The notes: a model not told the origin generated them from the letters alone. A stretch of 32,930 nucleotides of DNA from Verrucomicrobiota bacterium (GCA_038214755.1 JBBQRQ010000054.1:1-32930), one strand, 5' to 3'; shown: positions 19,513 to 29,220, numbered from the stretch's first letter. Numbers and translations are program-made.

Positions 19513-19555
19513 TTGGTGGGCATTCCTCGCGCGATGTCGTAACATTTCCATCTTG

Positions 19556-21388
19556 ATGCGTATCAAAAATCTTTCGTGGCGGAGACCTCTCCTCCGTCTC
19601 ATGCTTCCCGCATTTCTGATGGTTTTGATTTCTATGGAAGCGGAGCCTTCTAAGAAGGACAACGCCTCTGCCATCATCGATAATTTCCGACTGTTGGATT
19701 CCCAAGGCAAATCCCACGAACTTTACCGCCAGACGCAGACACCGGCTGTTGTGTTGATTGTCGGAGGTAACGGATGCCCAATCGTACGACAGAGCATTTC
19801 GACGATCCAAGCTTTGCGCGAGAGGTTCGCAGAAAAAAAAGTGGTGTTCTGGATGATCAATGCCAACCCGCAGGATGACCAGGCGAGCATCGCGGAGGAA
19901 GCCAAAGAATTTGGCATTGACCTGCCGGTGCTAATGGACGGCTCCCAACTTGTCGCCCGTTCCTTGAACGCGGCGCGGACGGCGGAGGCCATCGCCATTA
20001 ACACCTCGGACTGGAAGGTTTTTTATCGGGGTGCGATTGATGACCGGCTTGGTTATGGAACACAAAAAGCGAAACCACCTAAAACGTTTCTGGCGGACGC
20101 CTTGGAAAACTTTCTGGCGGGAAAAAAAGTTTCTCCCGATAACACGCCAGTCAAAGGCTGCGCTATCAGCTTCGTGTCGATCACTCCCAATGAAGCAAAG
20201 ACCATTTCGTACGCAAAAGAAATTGTCCCCCTCCTGCGGCAGCACTGTGTGGTGTGCCACAGCCCCGGAAACATCGGCCCTTTCGCCATGTCGAGCTATG
20301 AAAAGGTAAAAGGCTGGTCTTCGATGATCCGGGAAGTATTGCTCGAGCAACGAATGCCGCCGTGGCATGCCGACCCACACTACGGCGCGTTTGCCAATGA
20401 CCGCTCGCTTGGTTCTCAAGCAGCCCAGACCTTGATTGCGTGGATCAACCAGGGAGCACCGCGCGGGAAAGGGGAAGACACATTAGCTCAAGCGCCAACG
20501 CCGGTTGAAGATTGGCCGTTGGGAAAACCGGATTACGTCGTCTCGATGCCGCGGGAAATTCACATCCCAGCGACGGGAGTTTTTCCATACGTCTATTTAG
20601 AGGTGGATTCGCCCGTTCCCGAAGATACATGGTTGCGCGCGGCGGTAGTGAAAGCAGGCAATCGTAAAGTGCTTCATCATTGCCTGGTCTTTCTCAAATA
20701 CCCCCAGGACGCTGCACGTCCCCAGCCGGACTACAAAGGGGGCGTCGGCGGATTCTTCACTGCGTTTTTGCCGGGCACCGCATCCGTCTCGTTCCCGGCA
20801 GGAACAGGCAAGTTTTTGCCGAAGGGCGCGAAATTCTTTTTTCAACTGCATTACAGCGCGACGGGCAAAGCGGAAAAAGACCGCTCGGAGATTGGTCTTT
20901 ACCTTTGCAAAACGAAACCGCCGATGGAATTGCAGACGCGCGCCGCGGCGAGAAAGCCGTTAAACATTCCGCCCGGTGATCCTGACTACGAAGTGCAGGG
21001 TCAATTCACGTTCCAACGTGACTCGTGGCTTTATGAGATGAGCCCGCACATGCATCTCCGAGGTTCGCGAGTCAGATATGAGGCGCTCTACCCCGACGGC
21101 AAACGCGAAGTGTTGCTCTCAGTGCCGAACTACGATTTCAACTGGCAAACTTTGTATCGGCTGGCGGAACCAAAACGGGTGCCCGCCGGCACTAAAGTAA
21201 TTTGCACTGGAGCATTTGATAACTCACCTCAGAACCCTGCCAATCCGGACTCGACAAAATTCGTACACTTCGGCGAGCAAACCTTCGACGAAATGTTCAT
21301 CTGCTATTTGAACTACGCCGAGCTTCCATCAGGCGACCCTCCGGCTTCATCCGTCAGCGGCACTGCGACCAGGCAAGCCGCGAAGTAG
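19556..21388 (+). CDS. Redoxin + c-type heme + copper type II (PHM-like) monooxygenase fusion protein
   Basis: Signal peptide; redoxin fold (GNGCP, YRGAIDD, GC); CVVCH heme motif with MPPW; LHH, PHMH and EM copper ligands. Confidence 0.8.
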   Translation: MRIKNLSWRRPLLRLMLPAFLMVLISMEAEPSKKDNASAIIDNFRLLDSQGKSHELYRQTQTPAVVLIVGGNGCPIVRQSISTIQALRERFAEKKVVFWMINANPQDDQASIAEEAKEFGIDLPVLMDGSQLVARSLNAARTAEAIAINTSDWKVFYRGAIDDRLGYGTQKAKPPKTFLADALENFLAGKKVSPDNTPVKGCAISFVSITPNEAKTISYAKEIVPLLRQHCVVCHSPGNIGPFAMSSYEKVKGWSSMIREVLLEQRMPPWHADPHYGAFANDRSLGSQAAQTLIAWINQGAPRGKGEDTLAQAPTPVEDWPLGKPDYVVSMPREIHIPATGVFPYVYLEVDSPVPEDTWLRAAVVKAGNRKVLHHCLVFLKYPQDAARPQPDYKGGVGGFFTAFLPGTASVSFPAGTGKFLPKGAKFFFQLHYSATGKAEKDRSEIGLYLCKTKPPMELQTRAAARKPLNIPPGDPDYEVQGQFTFQRDSWLYEMSPHMHLRGSRVRYEALYPDGKREVLLSVPNYDFNWQTLYRLAEPKRVPAGTKVICTGAFDNSPQNPANPDSTKFVHFGEQTFDEMFICYLNYAELPSGDPPASSVSGTATRQAAK

Positions 21389-21398
21389 CAGCCACAAC

Positions 21399-21429
21399 GT
21401 AGGGCGGGCGAGACGCGCGCCCTACTTTT
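21399..21429 (+). terminator. GTAG-type hairpin, probable terminator
   Basis: GTAGGGCG...CGCCCTAC followed by TTTT, 10 nt after the stop at 21388. Confidence 0.55.
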
Positions 21430-21480
21430 ATCCGCAAATTATTTTTTGCGAACCACTTTAGAGCCGCAGAATTAGCGCAG

Positions 21481-21507
21481 AAAAAATGGCGGCCAGAAAG
21501 GCCGCCA
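21481..21507 (-). terminator. Intrinsic terminator of 21536..23563
   Basis: Minus strand TGGCGGCC-TTTCT-GGCCGCCA followed by TTTTTT. Confidence 0.7.
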
Positions 21508-21535
21508 GTGTGAAGGAAATCAAATAACGTCGTGA

Positions 21536-23563
21536 CTAGTATTTTATGGTCACCGTTCCTCCAGAGACAGAAATACTCTTGATCGTCAGCGCGTCGTTCG
21601 CAGCGAGCCGATAGAACCGTGCGGCGCCTGACGTCGGTATCGTAATGGTCTGGGTGCTGGTGTTTACCGTCGCTGTGCCGTCCACAGTGTAGGGTCCGGT
21701 GACAGTGGAAGATGATAGCAATTGCACCGCTCCCACAGGAACTAAGAGGATGTAGTTTATCGCCATCAAACGATTGTCCTTAACGGGGGTTCCGCTCATC
21801 GTAAGACGGAGTGTGTTGGTGCCGGACAGATCGAGAACCGACCTGGCGCCTAATCCATCCTTCGCAGGAATGTAGGTATAGTTGTATCGAGTCATATTGT
21901 TAGGAATGGAGAAAGTACTCAGCAAAACAGTGGTCTGATTAGTCGTGGTCGGATTGCTCGTTACTTTTTCAAAGTTAACCGTAGTTGAACCGAGAGAAGC
22001 CACACGCAGATAGGCAAAATATTTGTTACTGATGAAGGAACGCGTGTAGTTAAGCCACTCACCCGGCTCAGTTCGGTGAACCACGAATTCGAGCAGATTG
22101 GAAGCGGCGTACTTGCTTCGAACGTTGTCTGAGTAGCGGATGTCGCCCAACGGGTCGTTCGAGTCTTCGATTTCACGATACATTCCCTGCGAAAGTCCCA
22201 CAGTATCATCTTTACGAAATTCAAGGGTCCACGGGGACTCTCCGCTCGTCCTGTTGTCATAGTAATCCACGGACTCGAGTGGATTGGTGCTCCCACCAAT
22301 CCGCGTGGTACCCAGAAGATCAAGGTAGCCAACGCCGTTTCCGTTCACCATGACGTTATTAGTGGTGAAGCCAGAAACGGCAATCGGATCCAATTGATAA
22401 ACGCCGTTGCTATAATTGTATTCTTCGGCCTCGATTGTTTTAACCGTGCCGGATGACAGGTAGGAATCGGAGAACGTGTCGAACCAAAATGTATTCGTGG
22501 ATTTTTGGGTGCCCGAAACGTCCTGCACTTCGATGCGCGCACTGTAAATGATATTAGACTTGAGCGTGCCAGCAGTGGTGCTGAAACTCGCATTGGTGCC
22601 ATTCGCCGGCAGCGGCGCCAGTGAGGCCGAAACATCTGCTTCGTTAAGATACAACTTGGTGGCCGATGTGTTAATGATATTTGTCGTAAACGTTGCGACA
22701 CTGAAGTTGATACCAGAAGCAGGGGGATGAAAATTTGTGAACCGGTTCGTTGGCGTACGCGTAATGACTTGAGGGGTGCCAACAATAGAATGTTTAATGG
22801 CAGGAGCAATGGCCGTATTAGGGTCAGTAGGTCCGGCATAGTAATTGTCGTAGGTAACATCGGTTCCCGTTGCGGCCCCGGCCGTATCGCGGTCGAAGAC
22901 GCCAATGCCGCTAACGCCATCGGCATAAGTCGAGTCACTGCCGTGGACGGTAATCATCGGACGGGTAAGATCGTTCAGATCGTAAACTTGGCCCGTAAGC
23001 TCCGTGCCCACACCCTTGAATATAAATCGATATCCGTTCCCGGGGACCAATGAAACTTCACTAACCGCTATCCCGCCGAGTACCAGCGGCGAAACGCTGT
23101 CAACGCGGATAATCTGAAGTTGGCCACCTTTCCTGTCCCCCGGTCCGTCACCGTCCTGGACGACGTCAAAGTTCATGGTGTAATCCTTCGTAGCGGCAAC
23201 TCCGGCTTGGTTCGTTGCACGCGCCTCCAAAATTATCGCTTGGTCAGTGATATTGTTCCAATTGACAACGTCTGCAGCGATGTAGAAATCGGTATAAATA
23301 TTGGTTCGGAAGATACTCACAAGGGAACCGTTAGGTGTCTGAAAGCGGGTAGCTTTCCCGCTGCCTTGCGCCGGGAACGAAACGGTAATTCCGCCGGAGG
23401 CTGGTACGTATTGCCAACCTGCTGCAATGAGTGCGCTAAGATTAGCATAGCTGTCAAAGTTATCTGTATAAACTTGGCCTTTGACAGTCCATGGATGCAC
23501 AAGGCTTGCGGAAAATGCGGCCAACATAAAAAATGCTCGGTGCAGAAATAGTTTTTGTCTCAT
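21536..23563 (-). CDS. Large secreted Thr/Asn-rich beta protein with CBM6-like module and verrucomicrobial FYRL-type C-terminus
   Basis: Signal peptide; IEAEEYN...GEWLNYT pattern; terminal LLSSSTVTGPY...ARFYRL. Confidence 0.65.
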   Translation of the reverse strand: MRQKLFLHRAFFMLAAFSASLVHPWTVKGQVYTDNFDSYANLSALIAAGWQYVPASGGITVSFPAQGSGKATRFQTPNGSLVSIFRTNIYTDFYIAADVVNWNNITDQAIILEARATNQAGVAATKDYTMNFDVVQDGDGPGDRKGGQLQIIRVDSVSPLVLGGIAVSEVSLVPGNGYRFIFKGVGTELTGQVYDLNDLTRPMITVHGSDSTYADGVSGIGVFDRDTAGAATGTDVTYDNYYAGPTDPNTAIAPAIKHSIVGTPQVITRTPTNRFTNFHPPASGINFSVATFTTNIINTSATKLYLNEADVSASLAPLPANGTNASFSTTAGTLKSNIIYSARIEVQDVSGTQKSTNTFWFDTFSDSYLSSGTVKTIEAEEYNYSNGVYQLDPIAVSGFTTNNVMVNGNGVGYLDLLGTTRIGGSTNPLESVDYYDNRTSGESPWTLEFRKDDTVGLSQGMYREIEDSNDPLGDIRYSDNVRSKYAASNLLEFVVHRTEPGEWLNYTRSFISNKYFAYLRVASLGSTTVNFEKVTSNPTTTNQTTVLLSTFSIPNNMTRYNYTYIPAKDGLGARSVLDLSGTNTLRLTMSGTPVKDNRLMAINYILLVPVGAVQLLSSSTVTGPYTVDGTATVNTSTQTITIPTSGAARFYRLAANDALTIKSISVSGGTVTIKY

Positions 23564-23601
23564 AAGTGTTGAATTAAATGTGGATTCGAGGAATGAAAAA
23601 A

Positions 23602-23629
23602 ATCCTACCTAAAACTTCTGTCGTGTCAA
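23602..23629 (-). promoter_or_regulatory. Putative sigma70 promoter of the secreted-protein gene
   Basis: Minus strand TTGACA (23629-23624), 16 nt, TAGGAT (23607-23602). Confidence 0.55.
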
Positions 23630-23678
23630 TTATTTCCTGCGCGCCGCAAGCAACTCTTAATTGTTACACTGAATTGCC

Positions 23679-25082
23679 GTGAAAATTCGACTCTATCTCA
23701 TTTGTTTTTTCCTCGCAGGAATTCCGGTGCAAGCCAAAGAGTCCCGCCCCAACATTTTAATCATCATCGCGGATCAATGGCGCGCCGAAGCTCTGGGTTA
23801 CGCCGGAAATCCGGATGTCAAAACGCCCAACCTCGATTTGCTCCAACATCACAGCATCGATTTCAAAAATGCGATTGCCAGCAATCCAGTTTGTTGCCCC
23901 ACGCGCGCGACGATGTTGACGGGACAACGCGCGCTCACTCACGGCGTTTTCATGAATGACGTTCCGCTCGCGCCCGACTCAGTCACATTGGCGAAGGTTT
24001 TAAAAAGCGCGGGCTACGACACGGCTTACGTCGGCAAATGGCATTTGAATGGGAATGGACGGTCGAACTTTATTCCGCGCGAACGTCGTCAAGGATTTGA
24101 TTATTGGAAAGTCCTCGAATGCACGCACGACTATAACAATTCGTTTTACTACGGCGATGGCCCGGAGAAATTAAAATGGGAAGGTTACGATGCCATCGCG
24201 CAGACGCGTGACGCGCAGGAATATTTTCGAGGCCGCGCGAAAAACAAAAAATCATTTCTTTTCGTGCTCGCCTGGGGGCCGCCGCACGATCCGTATTTTT
24301 CTGCGCCGGAAAAATATCGCGCGCTCTACGACCCGAAACAATTGACGTTGCGGACCAATGTCCCGGAAGAACTCGTGGAAGAAACGCGCCGCAATCTGGC
24401 CAGTTATTACGCGCATTGCACCGCGCTCGACGATTGCGTGGGCGAGTTGATGCAGACACTTCGCGAAACCGGTTTGGAAGAAAACACAATTGTTGTTTTC
24501 CGCTCCGACCACGGCGACATGCTCGGTGCGCACGGCCTTTCCAAAAAACAAAAGCCGTGGGATGAATCGATTCGCATTCCGATGTTGTTTCATTGGTTAA
24601 AAGGTTTTGGGAAAAATTCCCGCCAGCTCGACGCCGTTTTTAATTCCGAAGATTTCATGCCGACTTTACTTGGCTTGTGCAACGTGAGAATTCCCAGGTC
24701 TGTCGAAGGCCTCGATTTCAGCGGCTACATTCGTGGCGGAAAAAATCCATCGGACGGCGCTGCGTTAATCGAGTGCATCACGCCATTTGCTGATTGGAGC
24801 AGGAGTCGCGGCGGCAAGGAGTATCGAGGGATTCGCACGACGCGCTACACCTACGTGCGAGATCTCAACGGCCCGTGGTTGCTCTTTGATAATGAAACCG
24901 ATCCGTTGCAAATGACCAATCTGGTGAACCACTCTGCACCAACGAAACTAGAGAACGACCTGGATAAAATCTTGAAACGCAAGTTGCGTCAAGCTCACGA
25001 CGAATTTCTGCCCGGCGATTCTTACATTAAAAGGTGGGGCTACGAAACCAATGCGAGCGGCGCTGTCCCATACACAAATTAA
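23679..25082 (+). CDS. Formylglycine-dependent (S1) sulfatase
   Basis: RPNILIIIADQ, CCPTRATMLTG (CxPxR), GYDTAYVGKWHL, PPHDP, SDHG. Confidence 0.95.
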   Translation: MKIRLYLICFFLAGIPVQAKESRPNILIIIADQWRAEALGYAGNPDVKTPNLDLLQHHSIDFKNAIASNPVCCPTRATMLTGQRALTHGVFMNDVPLAPDSVTLAKVLKSAGYDTAYVGKWHLNGNGRSNFIPRERRQGFDYWKVLECTHDYNNSFYYGDGPEKLKWEGYDAIAQTRDAQEYFRGRAKNKKSFLFVLAWGPPHDPYFSAPEKYRALYDPKQLTLRTNVPEELVEETRRNLASYYAHCTALDDCVGELMQTLRETGLEENTIVVFRSDHGDMLGAHGLSKKQKPWDESIRIPMLFHWLKGFGKNSRQLDAVFNSEDFMPTLLGLCNVRIPRSVEGLDFSGYIRGGKNPSDGAALIECITPFADWSRSRGGKEYRGIRTTRYTYVRDLNGPWLLFDNETDPLQMTNLVNHSAPTKLENDLDKILKRKLRQAHDEFLPGDSYIKRWGYETNASGAVPYTN

Positions 25083-25095
25083 TTTCGCGAGTCGT

Positions 25096-25121
25096 GGGTA
25101 GCATCTGCCTCCGGCGGGTGC
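25096..25121 (+). repeat. GTAG REP hairpin after the sulfatase stop
   Basis: GGGTAGCATCTGCCTCCGGCGGGTGC; 25/26 identical to the copy at 8857-8882 (minus). Confidence 0.8.
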
Positions 25122-25127
25122 GGCGAG

Positions 25128-25167
25128 TTGGATTGCTGGATTATTGGATGGTTGAATTGTTGGACGG
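25128..25167. repeat. Degenerate 8-mer tandem repeat
   Basis: TTGGATTG CTGGATTA TTGGATGG TTGAATTG TTGGACGG. Confidence 0.65.
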
Positions 25168-25253
25168 TTGATGTTCTCAAAATTGCAGCCCCTCCGACAA
25201 GCGAAGGTAGATCCTTCGCCTTCCGGAACTATTCAGAAAAAAGAAACGCTCGA

Positions 25254-25484
25254 CCTCACCCCGGCCCTCTCCTCCGAGGAGAGATTCCCGATTTTGTTTT
25301 CGCGCATTGAATCCCTGAACCGGCAAGGACAACCTTTTGTTGCATATGCAACAAAAGGTTGTCTGAATTTCTGCCGGTCGGTTCATGGGGAGGGAAAGTT
25401 ATTCAGCGTCGGAAAATATTCATCGTTGAATGACTGATCGAGCGGGCTGCTGGCAGGTTCCCTCTCCTCGGGGGAGAGGGTGAG
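25254..25484. repeat. CCCTCTCC-type REP doublet interrupted by a nested cassette
   Basis: CCTCACCCCGGCCCTCTCCTCCGAGGAGAG (25254-25283) and TCCCTCTCCTCGGGGGAGAGGGTGAG (25459-25484). Confidence 0.75.
25284..25392. mobile_element. Cassette-like element carrying a 36-bp perfect palindrome
   Basis: GCGCATTGAATCCCTGAACC (25302-25321); palindrome GACAACCTTTTGTTGCAT|ATGCAACAAAAGGTTGTC (25328-25363); right end GGTTCATGGGGAG. Confidence 0.7.
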
Positions 25485-25524
25485 CAACTTCTCCACCGAA
25501 TAGTTACCCAAACGGTTTCAGCGA

Positions 25525-25552
25525 TTGACACGCATTTTCTCATTGCTATGTT
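25525..25552 (+). promoter_or_regulatory. Putative sigma70 promoter of the rpmH operon
   Basis: TTGACA (25525-25530), 16 nt including an extended -10 TG, TATGTT (25547-25552). Confidence 0.6.
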
Positions 25553-25609
25553 CTCGGCTCGCTTTGCGGAAAGGCCGCGCGCTGTAGCGCAAAACCCAAT
25601 TGAAAAAAG

Positions 25610-25747
25610 ATGAAACGCCAATATCAACCCTCGAAAATTCGCCGCAAACGGCAGCACGGTTTTCTCAATCGCAATTCGTCCAAGAGCGGCAAAGCCACTT
25701 TGGCCAATCGTCGCCGCGTCGGCCGCAAGCGTTTGACCCCGGTCTGA
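25610..25747 (+). CDS. rpmH: 50S ribosomal protein L34 (absent from the ORF track)
   Basis: [45 protein letters not shown], 45 aa, upstream of rnpA. Confidence 0.97.
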   Translation: MKRQYQPSKIRRKRQHGFLNRNSSKSGKATLANRRRVGRKRLTPV

Positions 25748-25755
25748 TTTTCCCC

Positions 25756-26127
25756 ATGGGCTTCGAGCCTTCTCGCCCGTTGAGATTTCCTCGTTCCAGC
25801 CGGATGAAGAGGGAAAGTGATTTTCTCCGCGCGAAAACAAAAGGCGAACGTCTCGCGTGCGGTTGTTTGATTGCGAATTGGTTTTTGCTCCCGGAAAATT
25901 TTACGACGCGCCTTGGAGTGGTCACGAGCAGAAAGATCGGCAACGCGGTCAAGCGCAGCCGCGCACGCCGTTTGTTGCGCGAATGTTTTCGTTTGCATCA
26001 ACACGAAATTGCGCGGGCGGTCGATTTGGTTTTGGTGGCGAGGAATTCAATTGTCGGAAAAAAATTGCGTGAAGTGGAGGAGGACTTTTTGCGGGCGCTG
26101 GGAAAAGCCAAGTTGTTGAAATTGTAG
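25756..26127 (+). CDS. rnpA: Ribonuclease P protein component
   Basis: RLGVVTSRKIGNAVKRSRARRLLRECFR (RNR-like motif), DLVLVAR; synteny. Confidence 0.95.
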   Translation: MGFEPSRPLRFPRSSRMKRESDFLRAKTKGERLACGCLIANWFLLPENFTTRLGVVTSRKIGNAVKRSRARRLLRECFRLHQHEIARAVDLVLVARNSIVGKKLREVEEDFLRALGKAKLLKL

Positions 26128-26137
26128 ATTCAAAAAA

Positions 26138-26303
26138 AAACCACAGATGGACACAGATGGACACAGATTTGAACGGGGAACGATGGGAGCGATGGACTTT
26201 ACTTTTTACCAAAGCTCTTCACGCGAAATTAACGTTTTAAGAATCGGCGCTTTGCCCCGATCTGTTTTGTTGTATCCGTGTCCATCAGTGTCCATCTGTG
26301 GTT
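26138..26303. repeat. Inverted element built from 10-mer tandem repeats (ACACAGATGG)
   Basis: AAACCACAGATGGACACAGATGGACACAGAT (26138-26168) and inverted ATCCGTGTCCATCAGTGTCCATCTGTGGTT (26274-26303), between rnpA and yidD. Confidence 0.85.
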
Positions 26304-26325
26304 TCCATCTTTGCCGTGAATTCTC

Positions 26326-26772
26326 ATGAACGCGGCCCAACACATTTTGATTTTTCTGGTGCGGGTTTATCAGTGGACGCTTTCTCCTGCGAAAATTCTT
26401 TTGTTCGGCCCGCTGGGACGTTGCCGCTACACGCCGAGTTGTTCGCAATACGCGTTGGAAGCGATCCGAATTCATAAAGCGATGATGGGAAGCTGGCTGA
26501 GCCTGAAAAGGATTTGCCGTTGTCAGCCTTGGGGCGGTTGCGGACACGACCCGGTTTTGAGGGGGAGCGCATGCGGCTCGCGTGCTGAATCCGGCGTCGC
26601 GCCGGATTCCCGTTCCACAACGGATTCGCGTTCCTCTAATATTTTTTCGGAACAGTCAGAGGAACGAGGTTCGAGGCGCGACGCCTCGAACTGCACGCCA
26701 GAGGCGTGCGCTCCCCATCTCAAATTCAAAACTCACGACTCAAAATTCAAAACTGTTTTCCATGGATCGTAA
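26326..26772 (+). CDS. yidD: Membrane protein insertion efficiency factor YidD with repeat-derived C-terminal extension
   Basis: [38 protein letters not shown], then about 70 extra aa. Confidence 0.93.
   Translation: MNAAQHILIFLVRVYQWTLSPAKILLFGPLGRCRYTPSCSQYALEAIRIHKAMMGSWLSLKRICRCQPWGGCGHDPVLRGSACGSRAESGVAPDSRSTTDSRSSNIFSEQSEERGSRRDASNCTPEACAPHLKFKTHDSKFKTVFHGS
26562..26716. repeat. GGAG-tagged REP doublet within the yidD 3' end
   Basis: GGGGAGCGCA...TGCGCTCCCC termini; inner hairpins AATCCGGCGTCGCGCCGGATT and GTTCGAGGCGCGACGCCTCGAAC. Confidence 0.8.
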
Positions 26773-28516
26773 ATCCATCCTCATCCTGGTTCTCTCTTTC
26801 GCCCTGATTTTGCTCTGGCCGAAGTTGATGGACCAAATTTACCCGCCTCCGCCCAAAAGCACCAACGTCACCGCTCTGGCCACGAATCAGTCGATCACAA
26901 ATATTTCAACAACCGCCGTCGCGACTGCGACGAATATCTTTTCCGCAATTCCACAAATCAAAGACGATGCGCCGGAGCAATTGCTCGTCGTCACCAATGA
27001 AAACGCTTTTTACACATTCACTTCGCGCGGCGGCGGTTTGAAACTCGTCGAACTGCGAAAATATCGCGAGTCGATTGATTGCGGAAAAACGAATGTCGGC
27101 CAGCAACGGATGGCGACGTTGAACACGCGAGCGCCGTTGCCTGCGTTGGCTTTGCTCGGTGTCGAAACCCAAAACGGTTCGTTCAATTTGTCGCGCGCGG
27201 GCGACACGATTCGCGCGGAAAAAACTTTGAGCAACGATCTGGTTGTCATCAAAGAATTTCAACTCAGTTCCAATTATTTGCTCCACGCGAAAGTGAGATT
27301 GGAAAATCGTTCCGCGCAATCGGCCACGATTCCGCCGCATGAAGTGATCGTCGGCACGGCCACGCCGATGAGCAGCGCGCAGGACGAATCGCAGACGCTG
27401 GGAATGTTTTGGTTTAACGGCGCGAAAGCCGAGCACATCGAAGCTGGATGGTTTGCCAATCGCTCGATGTTGAGTTGCCTCGGCATGGGCGGCGCGCCCC
27501 GCGCCGAACATCAAGATGGATTGAGCAACGTGGTTTGGGCGGCGGTGCACAACCAATTTTTTGCGCTGGCCGTCATTCCGCGAGAGGCTGCGCCAAAAAT
27601 TATTTCGCGACCGATTTTATTATCTTCGTTGACCACTGAAAGTGCGGGAGCAGTGGTGAACACAAATGGAATTCAAACCTCGCTGGGCTATCCGAGTTTG
27701 ACGCTGACGGCCAATCAGGGAATGGAACGGCAATACACGATTTACGCGGGGCCGAAGGAATACAACACGCTGGCGCGAATCGGCGACGAGATGAAAAACG
27801 ACCTCGATCTGGTGATGGATTTCGGGCGCTACTTCGGGTTCTTCGCGAAGATGCTTTTGCTCTCGATGAACGGGCTGCACGCGCTCGGTCTCGGCTATGG
27901 TTTGGCGATCATTGCGATCACCGTCATTATCAAAATTCTCTTCTGGCCTCTGACGGCCGCGAGCACCAAATCGATGAAGCGGATGCAAGCGTTGCAACCC
28001 CAAATCAAAGCGATCTCTGAAAAATATAAAGACGATCCGATGAAGAAAAATCAGAAGACGATGGAGTTCATGAAGGAGAACAAGGTCAGCCCGCTCGGCG
28101 GCTGTCTGCCGATGCTGCTCCAAATTCCCGTATTCATCGGGTTCTATCAAATGATCCGAAGCGCGATTGAATTGCGCGGGGCCAGTTTTCTGTGGGCGTG
28201 CGACTTATCGCAAGCCGACACGGTTTTTTCGGTCGCGGGTTTTCCGATCAATCCGTTGCCCCTGATTTATGGAGTGACGTTGCTGTGGTCGGCGCAATTG
28301 ACTCCGCCCTCTCCCGGAATCGATCCCGCCCAACAAAAAATGATGAAATATATGCCGGTGATGTTTCTGTTATTTCTCTACAAAATGGCGGCGGGATTGA
28401 CGCTTTACTGGACGGTGCAAAATTTGTTAACCATTGCTCAGATGAAATTGACCAAAGCGAAAGACGCGCCGGTTGGGACGGTGACCGTCGTCCCGCCGAA
28501 GAAAAAGAAGCACTAG
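26762..28516 (+). CDS. yidC: Membrane protein insertase YidC
   Basis: Start [53 protein letters not shown]. Confidence 0.97.
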   Translation: MDRKSILILVLSFALILLWPKLMDQIYPPPPKSTNVTALATNQSITNISTTAVATATNIFSAIPQIKDDAPEQLLVVTNENAFYTFTSRGGGLKLVELRKYRESIDCGKTNVGQQRMATLNTRAPLPALALLGVETQNGSFNLSRAGDTIRAEKTLSNDLVVIKEFQLSSNYLLHAKVRLENRSAQSATIPPHEVIVGTATPMSSAQDESQTLGMFWFNGAKAEHIEAGWFANRSMLSCLGMGGAPRAEHQDGLSNVVWAAVHNQFFALAVIPREAAPKIISRPILLSSLTTESAGAVVNTNGIQTSLGYPSLTLTANQGMERQYTIYAGPKEYNTLARIGDEMKNDLDLVMDFGRYFGFFAKMLLLSMNGLHALGLGYGLAIIAITVIIKILFWPLTAASTKSMKRMQALQPQIKAISEKYKDDPMKKNQKTMEFMKENKVSPLGGCLPMLLQIPVFIGFYQMIRSAIELRGASFLWACDLSQADTVFSVAGFPINPLPLIYGVTLLWSAQLTPPSPGIDPAQQKMMKYMPVMFLLFLYKMAAGLTLYWTVQNLLTIAQMKLTKAKDAPVGTVTVVPPKKKKH

Positions 28517-28550
28517 GAATTCACGTTCGGTATTTGTCATTCAAAATTTT

Positions 28551-29000
28551 ATGGCCGCACAATCGAAAACGACTTTGGAAAAACTACTCAAGCTCCTCGG
28601 CTTCGACGCGACCGTGGAAGAGCAGTCGCTGGATGACGGAATTTTTCTCGACGTGACGACCGATGATTCGGGCCGCTTGATTGGCCGCCAGGGACAAACC
28701 CTTTCCGAATTGCAATACATCACCAACCGCATTCTGTTTCAGCAGGATCAGACCACGCCCAAAGTCGTGGTCGATGTGGGCCGCTATCGTGCGCAATCGC
28801 GGGAGGCGCTGGTGAAAAAAGCGCAGGACGCCGCGGAAAAAGTCCGGCGCTGGGGAGACGTGGTGGAGTTGGAACCCTTGGGCGCGTTTGACCGGCGCAT
28901 CATTCACAACGCGCTGAAAGATGATCCGGGCGTCGAGACGCAAAGTGTCGAGGTGGACGGGACGAATAAGAAAGCGATTTTGCTGAGACCAAAGCACTGA
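28551..29000 (+). CDS. jag: Jag/KhpB-like RNA-binding protein (KH + R3H, no Jag_N domain)
   Basis: GRLIGRQGQTL KH motif and DRRIIH R3H motif; follows yidC. Confidence 0.85.
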   Translation: MAAQSKTTLEKLLKLLGFDATVEEQSLDDGIFLDVTTDDSGRLIGRQGQTLSELQYITNRILFQQDQTTPKVVVDVGRYRAQSREALVKKAQDAAEKVRRWGDVVELEPLGAFDRRIIHNALKDDPGVETQSVEVDGTNKKAILLRPKH

Positions 29001-29064
29001 GCGTTTATCACAACCTGATTCAGCAACTTGTCGTTATCATTGTGAGAACCGACCCACTACCAGA

Positions 29065-29220
29065 TCAGTCGTTCTTCAAGAGCGGTGTTTTTCCTTCGTT
29101 AAATTCCGCCACTGCTTCATCGGCGAGTGTGACGAGTGTTTCTTGCGAACCGGCAAATTGAATATCCCAACGTTTCTCGGAATCGATTTCGTCGAGTATA
29201 ATTGAGGCGAGCGTCGATAA
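29065..29220 (-). pseudogene. 3' remnant of a small putative antitoxin-like protein
   Basis: LASIILDEIDSEKRWDIQFAGSQETLVTLADEAVAEFNEGKT resembles, from memory, small acidic TA-associated proteins; no credible start of its own. Confidence 0.45.

Noticed and set aside
25083..25609. Possible oriC/dnaA region upstream of rpmH
   Set aside because: No dnaA/dnaN and no clustered TTATCCACA boxes seen; the interval is explained by repeats and a promoter
25600..25755. N-terminal extension of rnpA
   Set aside because: The region is rpmH in another frame; rnpA starts at 25756
26138..26303. CRISPR-like array
   Set aside because: Units are contiguous 10-mers in inverted orientation with no unique spacers, and no cas genes are present
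26582..26761. N-terminal extension of yidC
   Set aside because: Repeat-derived and overlaps yidD; MDRKS at 26762 is the typical start
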